Assembly: GCA_965226885.1 (NCBI GenBank)
Contig: CBDDEL010000006.1
Location: 1 to 41,731, forward strand
Reading direction: 5' to 3'
DNA length: 41,731 nt
DNA from: Opitutales bacterium
Lineage (GTDB): Bacteria > Verrucomicrobiota > Verrucomicrobiia > Opitutales > UBA2987
Positions 1-9,103 of the stretch are shown here, in pieces; the stretch's first letter is position 1; each line of letters opens with the position of its first letter. Below the pieces are notes generated by a model. That model did no database searches. It was not told the origin of the DNA and saw nothing but the letters and a program-made list of their open reading frames with translations. Both the position numbers and the translations under genes were made by a program.

Positions 1-117
1 GATCTCCGTCAGTTGATAGGCGTAGGGGGGAACCGATTTCGGCCCCTCGGCTGCCTGCATGGTAACGGCCGTGGAAAAAAACGCTGTAATATATAAAGTT
101 TGTCTAATCCGGTCCAT
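1..117 (-). CDS. 5' end of a gene running off the left edge (MDRIRQTLYITAFFSTAVTMQAAEGPKSVPPYAYQLTEI...); signal-peptide-like N-terminus, possibly ATP synthase F0 subunit a
   Basis: Manual translation from the ATG at 117: 39 open codons with a hydrophobic stretch ending in MQA-AE. The product guess rests only on loose recollection of verrucomicrobial AtpB N-termini. Confidence 0.35.
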   Translation of the reverse strand, partial: MDRIRQTLYITAFFSTAVTMQAAEGPKSVPPYAYQLTEI

Positions 118-257
118 CAATATATGGTGAATAACCTGCTTACCCCCAATCCGTTAAATCAGATGGAGAAACTTGCCTCGCTCGTCAATCCTGAATTGGC
201 ATTATTGAATGCTTTCCTTATTGCCGCATATGCTTCAATTTATATTTTTTTCAGCCT

Positions 258-458
258 ATGCCCCAACCCAAAGATTTGACCGGCCACATCCATGAGATTT
301 TGGAATCCGAAATTCCCCCTGGCGATGCCTCCGGTGTCGAAATAAAGGCCCGTTCACGGCCCATGGCACGGGACGGTTTTACCCTTTTTGTCTATACAGT
401 CCTCATTTTCGCTGTTTTAGCTGAAGCAGTCTCGATTGCCTGGATGGACCTGCTTTGA
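258..458 (+). CDS. Small hypothetical membrane protein (66 aa, one C-terminal TM helix)
   Basis: ATG-started ORF divergent from the gene at 1-117; hydrophobic segment FTLFVYTVLIFAVLAEAVSIAW. Confidence 0.5.
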   Translation: MPQPKDLTGHIHEILESEIPPGDASGVEIKARSRPMARDGFTLFVYTVLIFAVLAEAVSIAWMDLL

Positions 459-1047
459 TTTTGCAGGCGGCAGGCAGTCAGAGAATAGAAGGAATCCATC
501 AGTTCCTGGAAATAAGTAGTTGTTTCAAAAGGCCAGGCCAGCTCTTCTGTAATTTCCCAATCGGGATGTTCTGCAATTTTTCCAGCCGTCCACTGGAAGT
601 ACTCGGGGGAGTCGGTGCGAAAAAACAATTTCCCTCCGGCAACCGTGCGGTTGGCCAGTTTTTCTAAAAACTCAACTTGAATGAGTCTTCTCCGGTGGTG
701 CCGCTTCTTGGGCCAAGGGTCGGGAAAAAGAATAAAATACACTCCAGGCGCACGGAATCAGGTATGGCTTCGAGCATTTCGACTCCCTCCGCCTTGATAA
801 ACAGTAGATTGTTCAGGCTCCGCTTTGTTTTTTTATCATTGGCCAAACGAATGCGTCGGGATATCAAATCGATACCCACGCAAAATCGTTCCGGATGGGA
901 TTGCGCAAAGGCGGTCAAAAAATGCCCGTGCCCACAGCCGATCTCGAGGATAATTTCCGATTTGCCGGTTAATGCTTCCCGGCAATCGTCCGCCAGAGCG
1001 CGACGCCGTTCAATAACTTCCTGCAAATGTTTTTCTTTGGATGGCAA
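392..1047 (-). CDS. trmB: tRNA (guanine-N7)-methyltransferase TrmB, split by a 1-bp frameshift (probable sequence error)
   Basis: ORF 664-1047 has LEIGCGHG and GID (SAM binding); ORF 392-742 has FPDPWPKKRHHRRR and FRTDSPEY. Adding one base to the A4 run at 734-737 joins them (RLECIFILFPDPW). Confidence 0.9.
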
Positions 1048-1142
1048 GGGATTGATTTTTCTTTCCTTTTAACAATAAACAGGTTACAAACTAAATCACC
1101 CTAAAGTGAATACTCTCCGGTCAGGGTTCGGCAATTGCTGTG

Positions 1143-3011
1143 TCAGGCTGAACGACGTTTGGCACACAATGTTACCATGAGTATGCTGATGTCGGCAGGA
1201 TTCACACCACTTATACGGCTGGCCTGCCCTAGATTTGCCGGCTTGATTTGAGATAATTTTTGAGCACCTTCCGCTCTTAAACCTTTAACCTCTTTATAGT
1301 CAATATCATACGGAATTTTTATCCGCTCCAGATTCTTGCCTCGAGATATCTGGCTCAATTCCCGATTGAGGTAGCCTTGATATCGAACGCGGTAGAGAAC
1401 TTCATCGCGGGTGGCCTTATTCAGACTCTTAAAATCCTGCGGTAGCGATTCTTCACAGCCGCCCTTCCTTAGCCAATTGCCAAAGGTCCCTCCCGTAGTT
1501 TTTTCCTTTTCCAATCTGGAAATCCACTTTTCGACATCTTGAATTTTTTGATCAATACTTTTTAAGCGTTTGTTGTTTAAAAGGTTATATTTCTTTGCGT
1601 ACTTCTGCAAGCGAAGTTCGGCGCTACCATGATTGAGCAGCAGGCGGTACTCCGCACGGCTCGTAAACATTCTATAAGGCTCACGCGTGCCTTTAGTCAC
1701 CAGGTCGTCAATAAGGACCCCGATATAAGCCTCCTCCCTCCCGATGATGAAAGGGTCTTGGTTTCGGATTTTCAAAACTGCATTGACTCCTGCCACGAGT
1801 CCTTGCCCAGCCGCTTCCTCATAGCCCGAGGTACCGTTAATTTGTCCGGCAAAAAACAAATTCTCCACGATTTTCGACTCCAGGGAGGGAAATATCTGGG
1901 TTGGAGGGGCGAAATCATACTCCACCGCATAGGCTGGTCGAAGGAGCTCTACATTTTCCAACCCCTTGATACTTCGCAACATATCGAATTGAACGGAAAG
2001 TGGAAGGCTGGTGGAAAGACCGTTTACATACCACTCGTCGGTATGGCGGCCTTCAGGTTCGAGAAAAAGCGTGTGCCGATCTTTATCCGGAAATTTTACA
2101 TATTTGTCTTCAATGCTTGGACAATACCTGGGACCCACTCCTTCAATCTCCCCACTATATAAAGCGGATTTATGCAAATTTTTTTCAACAATCTCCGCTG
2201 TTAGCTGAGTTGTGTAGGATATCCAGCAGGAAACCTGGTCCTTGCCGGGCCGCCAACCTTGTTTTAATTGACCGAGATGTTCCACGTGGAACAAATCCTC
2301 ACCGCCCCGAGTGTCGTAAAAGGCGAACAATACCGGTTCCTTATCTCCTTTTTGTTCTTGAAGTTCGGAAAAATCAATGCTGCCCCCAAGAATTCGGGGA
2401 GGCGTACCGGTTTTCAATCGTTCCAGCTCTATACCAGCTTCGAGCAGGCTGCCAGAGAGTCCTTTAGAGGTAAAGTCCCCCATCCTTCCACCTTCACTGC
2501 GGTTTTGCCCGATGTGCATCAATCCGCGGAGGAATGTCCCCGTTGTAACAATTACAGTTTCAGCGAAAAAATCGTTTCCCAAGTTGGTCCGCACTCCTAT
2601 GACTCGTCCGTTTTTTATGATCAATTCCTCAACTAAAGCCTGGAATAGGTGCAGATTCGGTTGCAACTCAAGGTTGTGCTTCATCCTGAATTGATAGGCT
2701 TTTTTATCGCATTGCGCCCGTGGGGCTTGAACAGCCGGGCCTTTGGATGCGTTGAGCAGACGGTATTGAATCGCCGTGGTATCCGCATTCAATGCCATCT
2801 CACCACCGAGGGCATCGATCTCCCGCACCATGTGGCCCTTGGCTTGTCCACCAATGGCCGGATTGCAACTCATCTGCGCAACAGTATCAATATTGCCAGT
2901 CAGCAGAAGAGTTTCCGCGCCCATGCGGGCCGAGACCAAAGCCGCTTCGCAACCTGCGTGCCCTGCGCCGCATATAATCACTTCATACTTAAACTGAGAA
3001 CCGATGCTCAT
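1143..3011 (-). CDS. mnmG: tRNA uridine-5-carboxymethylaminomethyl(34) synthesis enzyme MnmG (GidA)
   Basis: GAGHAGCEAA, MSCNPAIGG, RLKTGTPPR, GPRYCPSIEDK, AGQINGTSGYEEAA and EPYRMFTSRAEYRL motifs. The ATG at 3011 overlaps the mnmE stop (ATGA). Confidence 0.98.
   Translation of the reverse strand: MSIGSQFKYEVIICGAGHAGCEAALVSARMGAETLLLTGNIDTVAQMSCNPAIGGQAKGHMVREIDALGGEMALNADTTAIQYRLLNASKGPAVQAPRAQCDKKAYQFRMKHNLELQPNLHLFQALVEELIIKNGRVIGVRTNLGNDFFAETVIVTTGTFLRGLMHIGQNRSEGGRMGDFTSKGLSGSLLEAGIELERLKTGTPPRILGGSIDFSELQEQKGDKEPVLFAFYDTRGGEDLFHVEHLGQLKQGWRPGKDQVSCWISYTTQLTAEIVEKNLHKSALYSGEIEGVGPRYCPSIEDKYVKFPDKDRHTLFLEPEGRHTDEWYVNGLSTSLPLSVQFDMLRSIKGLENVELLRPAYAVEYDFAPPTQIFPSLESKIVENLFFAGQINGTSGYEEAAGQGLVAGVNAVLKIRNQDPFIIGREEAYIGVLIDDLVTKGTREPYRMFTSRAEYRLLLNHGSAELRLQKYAKKYNLLNNKRLKSIDQKIQDVEKWISRLEKEKTTGGTFGNWLRKGGCEESLPQDFKSLNKATRDEVLYRVRYQGYLNRELSQISRGKNLERIKIPYDIDYKEVKGLRAEGAQKLSQIKPANLGQASRISGVNPADISILMVTLCAKRRSA
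2278..2293. promoter_or_regulatory. parS centromere-like site (ParB binding), perfect 16-bp palindrome TGTTCCACGTGGAACA inside mnmG
   Basis: Exact palindrome matching the widely conserved bacterial parS consensus, in an origin-associated gene. Confidence 0.85.
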
Positions 3012-4366
3012 TTTCCGATGCAAAATTTGCTGAACAGTTTATCCAGCATGCGCTCGTTGTCGATTTTTCCAATGATTTCGCCCAAGGAGTGCAAAGAAGA
3101 TCGTAAGTCACTGACTACCAATTCAATGGCTTCTCCTTTGGGTAATTTTCGCAATGCCTCGTCGAGTCCCTTTTGGGCCATTTTGAAGGCTCCTGCGTGC
3201 CGCGCGCTGACCACAATTCTATCCTCGCCGGGCACTTCGAGATTCGTTTCCAGTGTTTCCAGAAGTTGCTTTTTTAATTCATCAATCCCTTCACCGGTGA
3301 GGGCGGATGCCTCGCAGTGCGGAAATTGCGGAAAGGTCTGCCGGTGATCCTGTCGATTCGGCAAATCGATTTTATTTTCGATGATAAGCGCTCGTCCGGG
3401 TTTTAATTTATTCTGCAATTCCAGGAGTTTGGGAGGGCAGGGCAGGGTGCCATCCAGCGTCACAAGGACAAAATCCGCCTGCTCAAGTTGTCCCATCGAT
3501 TTGTCGATCCCCATCCGTTCGATATCCGATCCCGGTTTCTGAAATCCGGCCGTGTCAATGAGTCGAATGATATAAGACCCCAGCATGATTGGTTCTTCTA
3601 CAAAATCCCGCGTCGTTCCCGGCTCCTGGCTGACAATGACTCGGTCCTCTCCGGTCAGGGCGTTGAGCAGGCTGCTCTTTCCGGCGTTTGTGGGGCCTAC
3701 AATGACGACTTTGACCCCCTCATGGAGAATGGTGCTGTAATGGCTTGTGCTGATCAATCGCTCCATCTCTACCCTAAGGGTTACCAATTCCTTGAGGGGT
3801 CCCGACTTGTCCTCCGTCGGCAGGTCTTCCTCCGGAAAATCGATGTAGGCTTCGAGGTTTGCAATCATCCCCAACAATTTGTCTATCAGTTGGTTAACTT
3901 TATTTCCAACCGATCCGTCGAGCTGTTTTCGGGCAACTTCAAGGGCTTTTTCACTGCACGCGTGGATGAGGTCTAAAACCGCTTCCGCCTGGCTTAAATC
4001 CATGCGCCCGCTGAGGAAGGCGGTCTTCGTAAATTCCCCCGGTTCGGCTATTCGGCAGCCTCGTGCGAGCAAATCCTCAATCATATTCTGGATAATGAAA
4101 GGATTGCCGTGGCAATTGATTTCCAGCATCTCCTCGCCGGTGTAAGACGCATTTTCAGCATAGAAAATATAGACAACTTGATCGACAGACTTTCCTTCCA
4201 GGTCAATATATTCAGCCAATACTGCCTTTCTGGGACAAGGAGAAGGGGAATCGAAAACTTTTGTTACCAACTGGTGACATATACTTCCGCTTACTCTTAC
4301 TACAGCAATGGCGGATTCACCTGCTGGGGTTGACAAAGCAACTATGGATTCACCGAATGGCATCAC
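3008..4366 (-). CDS. mnmE: tRNA modification GTPase MnmE (TrmE)
   Basis: SYTGEEMLEINCHG, PGEFTKTAFLSGRMDLSQAEAV, G1 GPTNAGKSS, GTTRD, DTAG, NKID and terminal FSKFCIGK. Confidence 0.98.
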   Translation of the reverse strand: MMPFGESIVALSTPAGESAIAVVRVSGSICHQLVTKVFDSPSPCPRKAVLAEYIDLEGKSVDQVVYIFYAENASYTGEEMLEINCHGNPFIIQNMIEDLLARGCRIAEPGEFTKTAFLSGRMDLSQAEAVLDLIHACSEKALEVARKQLDGSVGNKVNQLIDKLLGMIANLEAYIDFPEEDLPTEDKSGPLKELVTLRVEMERLISTSHYSTILHEGVKVVIVGPTNAGKSSLLNALTGEDRVIVSQEPGTTRDFVEEPIMLGSYIIRLIDTAGFQKPGSDIERMGIDKSMGQLEQADFVLVTLDGTLPCPPKLLELQNKLKPGRALIIENKIDLPNRQDHRQTFPQFPHCEASALTGEGIDELKKQLLETLETNLEVPGEDRIVVSARHAGAFKMAQKGLDEALRKLPKGEAIELVVSDLRSSLHSLGEIIGKIDNERMLDKLFSKFCIGK

Positions 4367-4471
4367 ATTGAAACAATCTGTTTAATAAAAGATGGGGAAA
4401 CTAAAGCCTTTACCAAAGGTGACAAGCTTCCGGTTTCAAGCTTTTCATAATAAAAAATGAAAATGAAACCC

Positions 4472-4498
4472 GAATTACGGCCATATTTGTCGTAATTC
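4472..4498 (-). terminator. Possible intrinsic terminator downstream of recA
   Basis: Inverted repeat GAATTACGGC/GTCGTAATTC followed on the minus strand by GGGTTTCATTTTCATTTTTT. Confidence 0.35.
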
Positions 4499-4622
4499 AT
4501 TGGCAGGGGGGTGAAATCAATCAATCTACCGATTAATGCATTTCCCCGGGCGCAGGCACTTCTGCGGGGAGTCAGTCAGTGTTTTATTTTATTCTGGATG
4601 GCTAAGCCGGTGGGCTTGTGAT

Positions 4623-5684
4623 TCAATCCTCGGTATCGTTTTTGCCCAGAATGCTCCCGCTTTGCACACTTACCTTCTCAAAAATCGCTTTGGTCAATTC
4701 TTCCATGATATCGGGATTTTCCGCCAGATAAGCCTTGGAAGCTTCTCGACCCTGGCCGACCAGCTTGCCTTTGTAGGAAATCCAGGAGCCCTTCTTTTCC
4801 AGGATTTTATGCTCTATCCCCAGATCCAGGATGGAGCCGGTCTTGGATATGCCCTCATCATACATGATGTCGAATTCGCATAGGGTAAAGGGAGGAGCCA
4901 CCTTGTTTTTGACCACTTTTAACCGGGTGCGATTGCCGATTACTTTTCCGGAGGTATCTTTGATGGCGCCGATGCGCCGGATATCCATGCGTATGGAGGA
5001 AAAAAACTTGAGAGCCCTGCCGCCGGGCTGAGTCTCCGGACTACCGAACATAACCCCGATTTTTTCCCGAATCTGGTTGGTGAAGAGACAAACGCATTTT
5101 GTTTTGCTTATGGCCGCCGTCAGCCGCCGCATGGCCTGGCTCATCAAACGGGCTTGGGAACCCACCGTGGCATCCCCCATCTGGCCGGACAGTTCCTGCT
5201 TAGAGATGAGAGCGGCCACCGAATCGATGACGACCACATCGATGGCCCCGGAGCGGATCAGTGATTCCGTTATGTTAAGGGCGTCCTCGCCATTGTCCGG
5301 CTGGGAGATCATGAGGTTTTCCAGGTCCACGCCCAAGATTTTGGCATAACGTGGGTCAAGGGCGTGCTCCACATCGATAAAAACTGCGGTGCCACCTTTT
5401 TTCTGGGTTTCGGCGATAAGGCCCAAACATAAGGTAGTTTTACCGGAGGACTCGGGGCCAAAAATTTCGCAGGTGCGGCCGCGTGGCAGCCCGCCCACGC
5501 CCAAAGCCAGATCGATCGCCACAGACCCGGTTGAAAGCACGTCCACTTTCAAATTCGGAGATCCGCCAAGGCACATGATGGCGCCCTCCCCAAATTGTTT
5601 GTTGATCGCCGAGATGGCTAATTCAAGCGTTTTATCGGACGCGCTTTCGGATTTTTTGGTTTTGGTGACAACTTGATTGGCCAT
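4623..5684 (-). CDS. recA: Recombinase RecA
   Basis: GPESSGKTT Walker [43 protein letters not shown] and KNKVAPPF. Confidence 0.99.
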   Translation of the reverse strand: MANQVVTKTKKSESASDKTLELAISAINKQFGEGAIMCLGGSPNLKVDVLSTGSVAIDLALGVGGLPRGRTCEIFGPESSGKTTLCLGLIAETQKKGGTAVFIDVEHALDPRYAKILGVDLENLMISQPDNGEDALNITESLIRSGAIDVVVIDSVAALISKQELSGQMGDATVGSQARLMSQAMRRLTAAISKTKCVCLFTNQIREKIGVMFGSPETQPGGRALKFFSSIRMDIRRIGAIKDTSGKVIGNRTRLKVVKNKVAPPFTLCEFDIMYDEGISKTGSILDLGIEHKILEKKGSWISYKGKLVGQGREASKAYLAENPDIMEELTKAIFEKVSVQSGSILGKNDTED

Positions 5685-5854
5685 AGGTAATCTCGGGTGC
5701 AGTGATTATGAGTAGCTAATTAAATAGAGTTAAAAGACAGGCGCGCTTGCAAATTATTAGCTCAATTTAAATAAAAAAATATTTACATCAAGCAAAAAAC
5801 GTGAAAAAATGTTCACTTATTGAATTATTTAGTTTTTAACCGCAAATAGCACGG

Positions 5855-6538
5855 ATGAGCGCTGATTTCTTAAATGGCCGCAGGCTTGCTTATTCCCACA
5901 TCCTCTGGGACTGGAACGGCACTTTGATGGATGATATCCATTTATGCGTCGAAATCACCAATGCCATGCTGCGGACCCGGCGGCTGCCAGCCATCGACAT
6001 CGCTGTCCACCACGCCCTTTTCGACTTTCCCATCGATGTTTATTATCGACGGCTCGGCATTGACTTTGCCGATGGGGAATTTCCCAAAATCAACCAGGAA
6101 TTCTCGACTCTCTATGAAAAACGCAAAACGGAGTGCCGATTACATCCCCATACACGTGAGGCGCTGGCCAATTTTCAGCAAGCTGGTTTTGAGCAATCGA
6201 TCCTTTCGGCCTACCCCCAGCACACCCTTGAGGAAATTGTGGAATTTTACGGGCTCTCAGGTTTTTTTGGACGGCTCTTTGGCCATCGAAAATTGATGGG
6301 GGAGGGAAAAATCGAAAGAGGCCGCGAATGCCTGGCCGCGCTTGAGACGGAACCGGAAAAAATCCTGCTCATCGGCGATACCTTGCACGATTACGAAGTG
6401 GCCCAAGCGATGGGCATCGATTGCATATTATTGAGTCATGGGCACCACTCCCGCGAACGCCTGCACACATGCGGCGCGCCGGTTTTCGAATCGCTCCAAT
6501 CGGTTCAAGCAAAATTTCTGGGCACGAATCCAGCATAA
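5855..6538 (+). CDS. HAD-superfamily hydrolase (phosphoglycolate phosphatase-like)
   Basis: Motif I variant WDWNGTL, motif II ILSA, motif III K, motif IV IGDTLHD. Confidence 0.88.
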   Translation: MSADFLNGRRLAYSHILWDWNGTLMDDIHLCVEITNAMLRTRRLPAIDIAVHHALFDFPIDVYYRRLGIDFADGEFPKINQEFSTLYEKRKTECRLHPHTREALANFQQAGFEQSILSAYPQHTLEEIVEFYGLSGFFGRLFGHRKLMGEGKIERGRECLAALETEPEKILLIGDTLHDYEVAQAMGIDCILLSHGHHSRERLHTCGAPVFESLQSVQAKFLGTNPA

Positions 6539-6732
6539 ACCCCAGCTTTTTTAGGTCAGGATTCCATTCCCTCGATCTTATTTTCCATTCTACGCCCAAC
6601 AAAGTGCCGTAGGCCGTAGGCACAGCCTTATATTGCTGGAATAAGTTTACCGAGCCGTGCGTCTAATTAAGTTGCCCTAAACCTGCATCTGCCTATAGTT
6701 GTGTTTTTACTTTCTGCCTACCTGCTACCCCT

Positions 6733-7800
6733 ATGGTTTCCGTGCTAGAAGCCCTGAATCGAATAACTCTGTTTAAATGGCATTTGCCAATCCTCGTATT
6801 GGCGGCCCTGGCGTATCCTGCAGCCAGAGCGATGGGGACAACCGTCGAGCTGGAACCGGTGAAGGATAACACCATCTTTTCCGAGAGTAATAACAGCGAT
6901 GGCACCGGTACCACTTTTTTTGCGGGACGAATACGCCGAACCAATGATTTCCGCCGCGCATTGATGGCATTCGATTTGACTGGCTCCATTCCTGAAGGCT
7001 CGGTCATACAAAATGTGACTTTATCAATCCGCGTTGACAGGGATCCCTCCGGGCAACGTGATTATTCCCTTCATCGACTGACAAGAGATTGGGGTGAGGG
7101 AAATTCGAACTCTGGATCATCCGGGGGACAAGGCACCACTGCCCAATCAGGGGCAGACGCAACTTGGGATGAGGCATTTTTCAATGGAGAAGATTGGTCT
7201 CAATCAGGAGGAGACTTTATACAGCAAGCTTCTGCCACAAGTAGTGTGTCAGGAACGGGTTTTGCCGATTGGACCTCTTCGAGCCTAGTGCATGATGCGC
7301 AAACTTGGGTGGATTCTCCATCTACAAATTTCGGCTGGATTCTGATCGGGGAAGAAGGAAGCATTGTCTCGGTCAAAAGATTCAATAGCAGGAATGGTTC
7401 AGCAGCCAATCGCCCGAAATTGACGGTTGAATTTACTCCCGCTCAAATTGGCTGCCAAGATGTATTTTGCGGAGAGGATATACCCGAATTCGACGGCTGG
7501 CGCGCCTCTCCGTGGTATAAGAATTACAATGTGGAATCCTTGCCCTGGATTTTCCATGACGAGCACAGTTGGCAGTTCCTTTCCATTGATAGCACGGAGG
7601 AGGTTATTTTCGTCTGGGATTTGGGTTTGGGTGAGTGGGTCTTTTTGAATGAGAACTCCTATCGGTGGATATTCATTTTCGGGGGCGAAAATGCCGGTTG
7701 GGTTTTTACTTTTAGCGATAACACATCGAACAGGCGCTTTTTCCAGAGGGGTGATAACGGAGTCCTCTTCAGCGTGCCGCCAGATTTGCCTACGAATTGA
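6733..7800 (+). CDS. Secreted DNRLRE-like domain protein with a Trp-rich C-terminal domain
   Basis: Signal peptide ending AARA; DNTIFSE...RRALMAFDL...LHRLTRDWGEG...ATW...NFGWIL...RPKLTVEF pattern; C-terminal GWRASPWY...PWIFHDEHSWQFL region. Confidence 0.75.
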   Translation: MVSVLEALNRITLFKWHLPILVLAALAYPAARAMGTTVELEPVKDNTIFSESNNSDGTGTTFFAGRIRRTNDFRRALMAFDLTGSIPEGSVIQNVTLSIRVDRDPSGQRDYSLHRLTRDWGEGNSNSGSSGGQGTTAQSGADATWDEAFFNGEDWSQSGGDFIQQASATSSVSGTGFADWTSSSLVHDAQTWVDSPSTNFGWILIGEEGSIVSVKRFNSRNGSAANRPKLTVEFTPAQIGCQDVFCGEDIPEFDGWRASPWYKNYNVESLPWIFHDEHSWQFLSIDSTEEVIFVWDLGLGEWVFLNENSYRWIFIFGGENAGWVFTFSDNTSNRRFFQRGDNGVLFSVPPDLPTN

Positions 7801-7913
7801 TGAACACAACCCCAGGCGCCCTCTCCGATGAGGCGAAATTGAAGAAGTAAAAACTCAAGTGTCGATGTTGAATTTCCCCAACACAACCCGAAATTCCTAA
7901 CCCCGGCTGCCCA

Positions 7914-9056
7914 ATGGTCTCCCAGAGAATATCTCTGCCCCGGATACCCCTGCTTAAAGGACGCGCGCCCATACTGTTACTGGCGGCTATGGTTTTTCCG
8001 GTGGTTGAATCGATTGGGATCACCGTCACCCTGGAACCGGTGAAAGATACTACCATTTTTTCTGAAAATGGGGGCAAAAGCAGCGCTTTAGGCGATTTAT
8101 TTGTGGGAAAAACCAATGGCACCTCAGGAACAGACTTGCGACGGGCATTACTGGCTTTTAACATTGAAGGCAATATCCCCGCCGGAGCGGTTATAACGAG
8201 TGTCACTCTTACAATGAGGGTCGAAAAAATTAGTAGATTTTCTGCGGCAAACATTATTGCCGTACATAAGCTGAGTCAAGATTGGGGGGAAGGAAGCTCT
8301 AATTCCAGCAATGGAAGGGGATCTAATGCAACCGCCAACGACGCCACCTGGTCCCACCGTTTCTTCAACACTTCAAATACCTGGAATGTAAGCGGTGGAG
8401 ACTTTTCCTCCACCGTATCAGGTTCATTGAATGTATCGAGTACAGGAACAAAAACCTGGAATTCTACGGTTCAAATGGTAGCCGATGTGCAGGATTGGCT
8501 GGACAACCCCACCAGCAATTTCGGTTGGATACTTTCAGGAGGAGAATCTTCTCCAGGTTCCGCCAAACGATTCACCAGCCGCGAAGGCTCCGCCAGTGTG
8601 CGCCCAAAATTGACTGTTGAATTTACTCCGCCGACCAATCGGCAGCGTTGGCTGGACGCGCATTTCAGCCTTGCCGAGCAGGGAATGCCCGAGGTGAGCG
8701 GGGATAGCGTGGACCTGAGCGGAGATGGGATCAAGAACCTGCTGGCGTATGCATTTGACCTCAATCCACACCTATATCAACCGGAAGAACTGCCCCAACC
8801 GGCCATTGACGACAGCGGTTTTCTTTCACTCATTTATATTCGGGATACACGGGCAGACGACCTGATCTACATCGTCGAGGCCAGCAGCGACCTCTCTACA
8901 TGGACGGAGATGGCTCGAAGCGCGGGCGGAGCCGCCCCCACCGGTTCGGGAACCATTTCCGAAACTACCGGAGCCACCACACGGACGGTCACTGTTTCCG
9001 ATACAGAAGCTGGATCCGAGCGATTTATTCGATTAATTGTTGAACGTCAGGAATAA
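7914..9056 (+). CDS. Secreted DNRLRE-like domain protein (paralogue of 6733-7800) with a different C-terminal domain (DxxGDG..NLLAYAF..NP...VEASSDLSTW...FIRLIV)
   Basis: N-terminal ~240 aa align motif by motif with the upstream gene. The C-terminal domain has a pattern I recognise from verrucomicrobial secreted proteins. Confidence 0.75.
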   Translation: MVSQRISLPRIPLLKGRAPILLLAAMVFPVVESIGITVTLEPVKDTTIFSENGGKSSALGDLFVGKTNGTSGTDLRRALLAFNIEGNIPAGAVITSVTLTMRVEKISRFSAANIIAVHKLSQDWGEGSSNSSNGRGSNATANDATWSHRFFNTSNTWNVSGGDFSSTVSGSLNVSSTGTKTWNSTVQMVADVQDWLDNPTSNFGWILSGGESSPGSAKRFTSREGSASVRPKLTVEFTPPTNRQRWLDAHFSLAEQGMPEVSGDSVDLSGDGIKNLLAYAFDLNPHLYQPEELPQPAIDDSGFLSLIYIRDTRADDLIYIVEASSDLSTWTEMARSAGGAAPTGSGTISETTGATTRTVTVSDTEAGSERFIRLIVERQE

Positions 9057-9103
9057 GCCTCAAATCCAAAAGTTCAAAAATTTTACATGAAGGCCATACT
9101 TAT

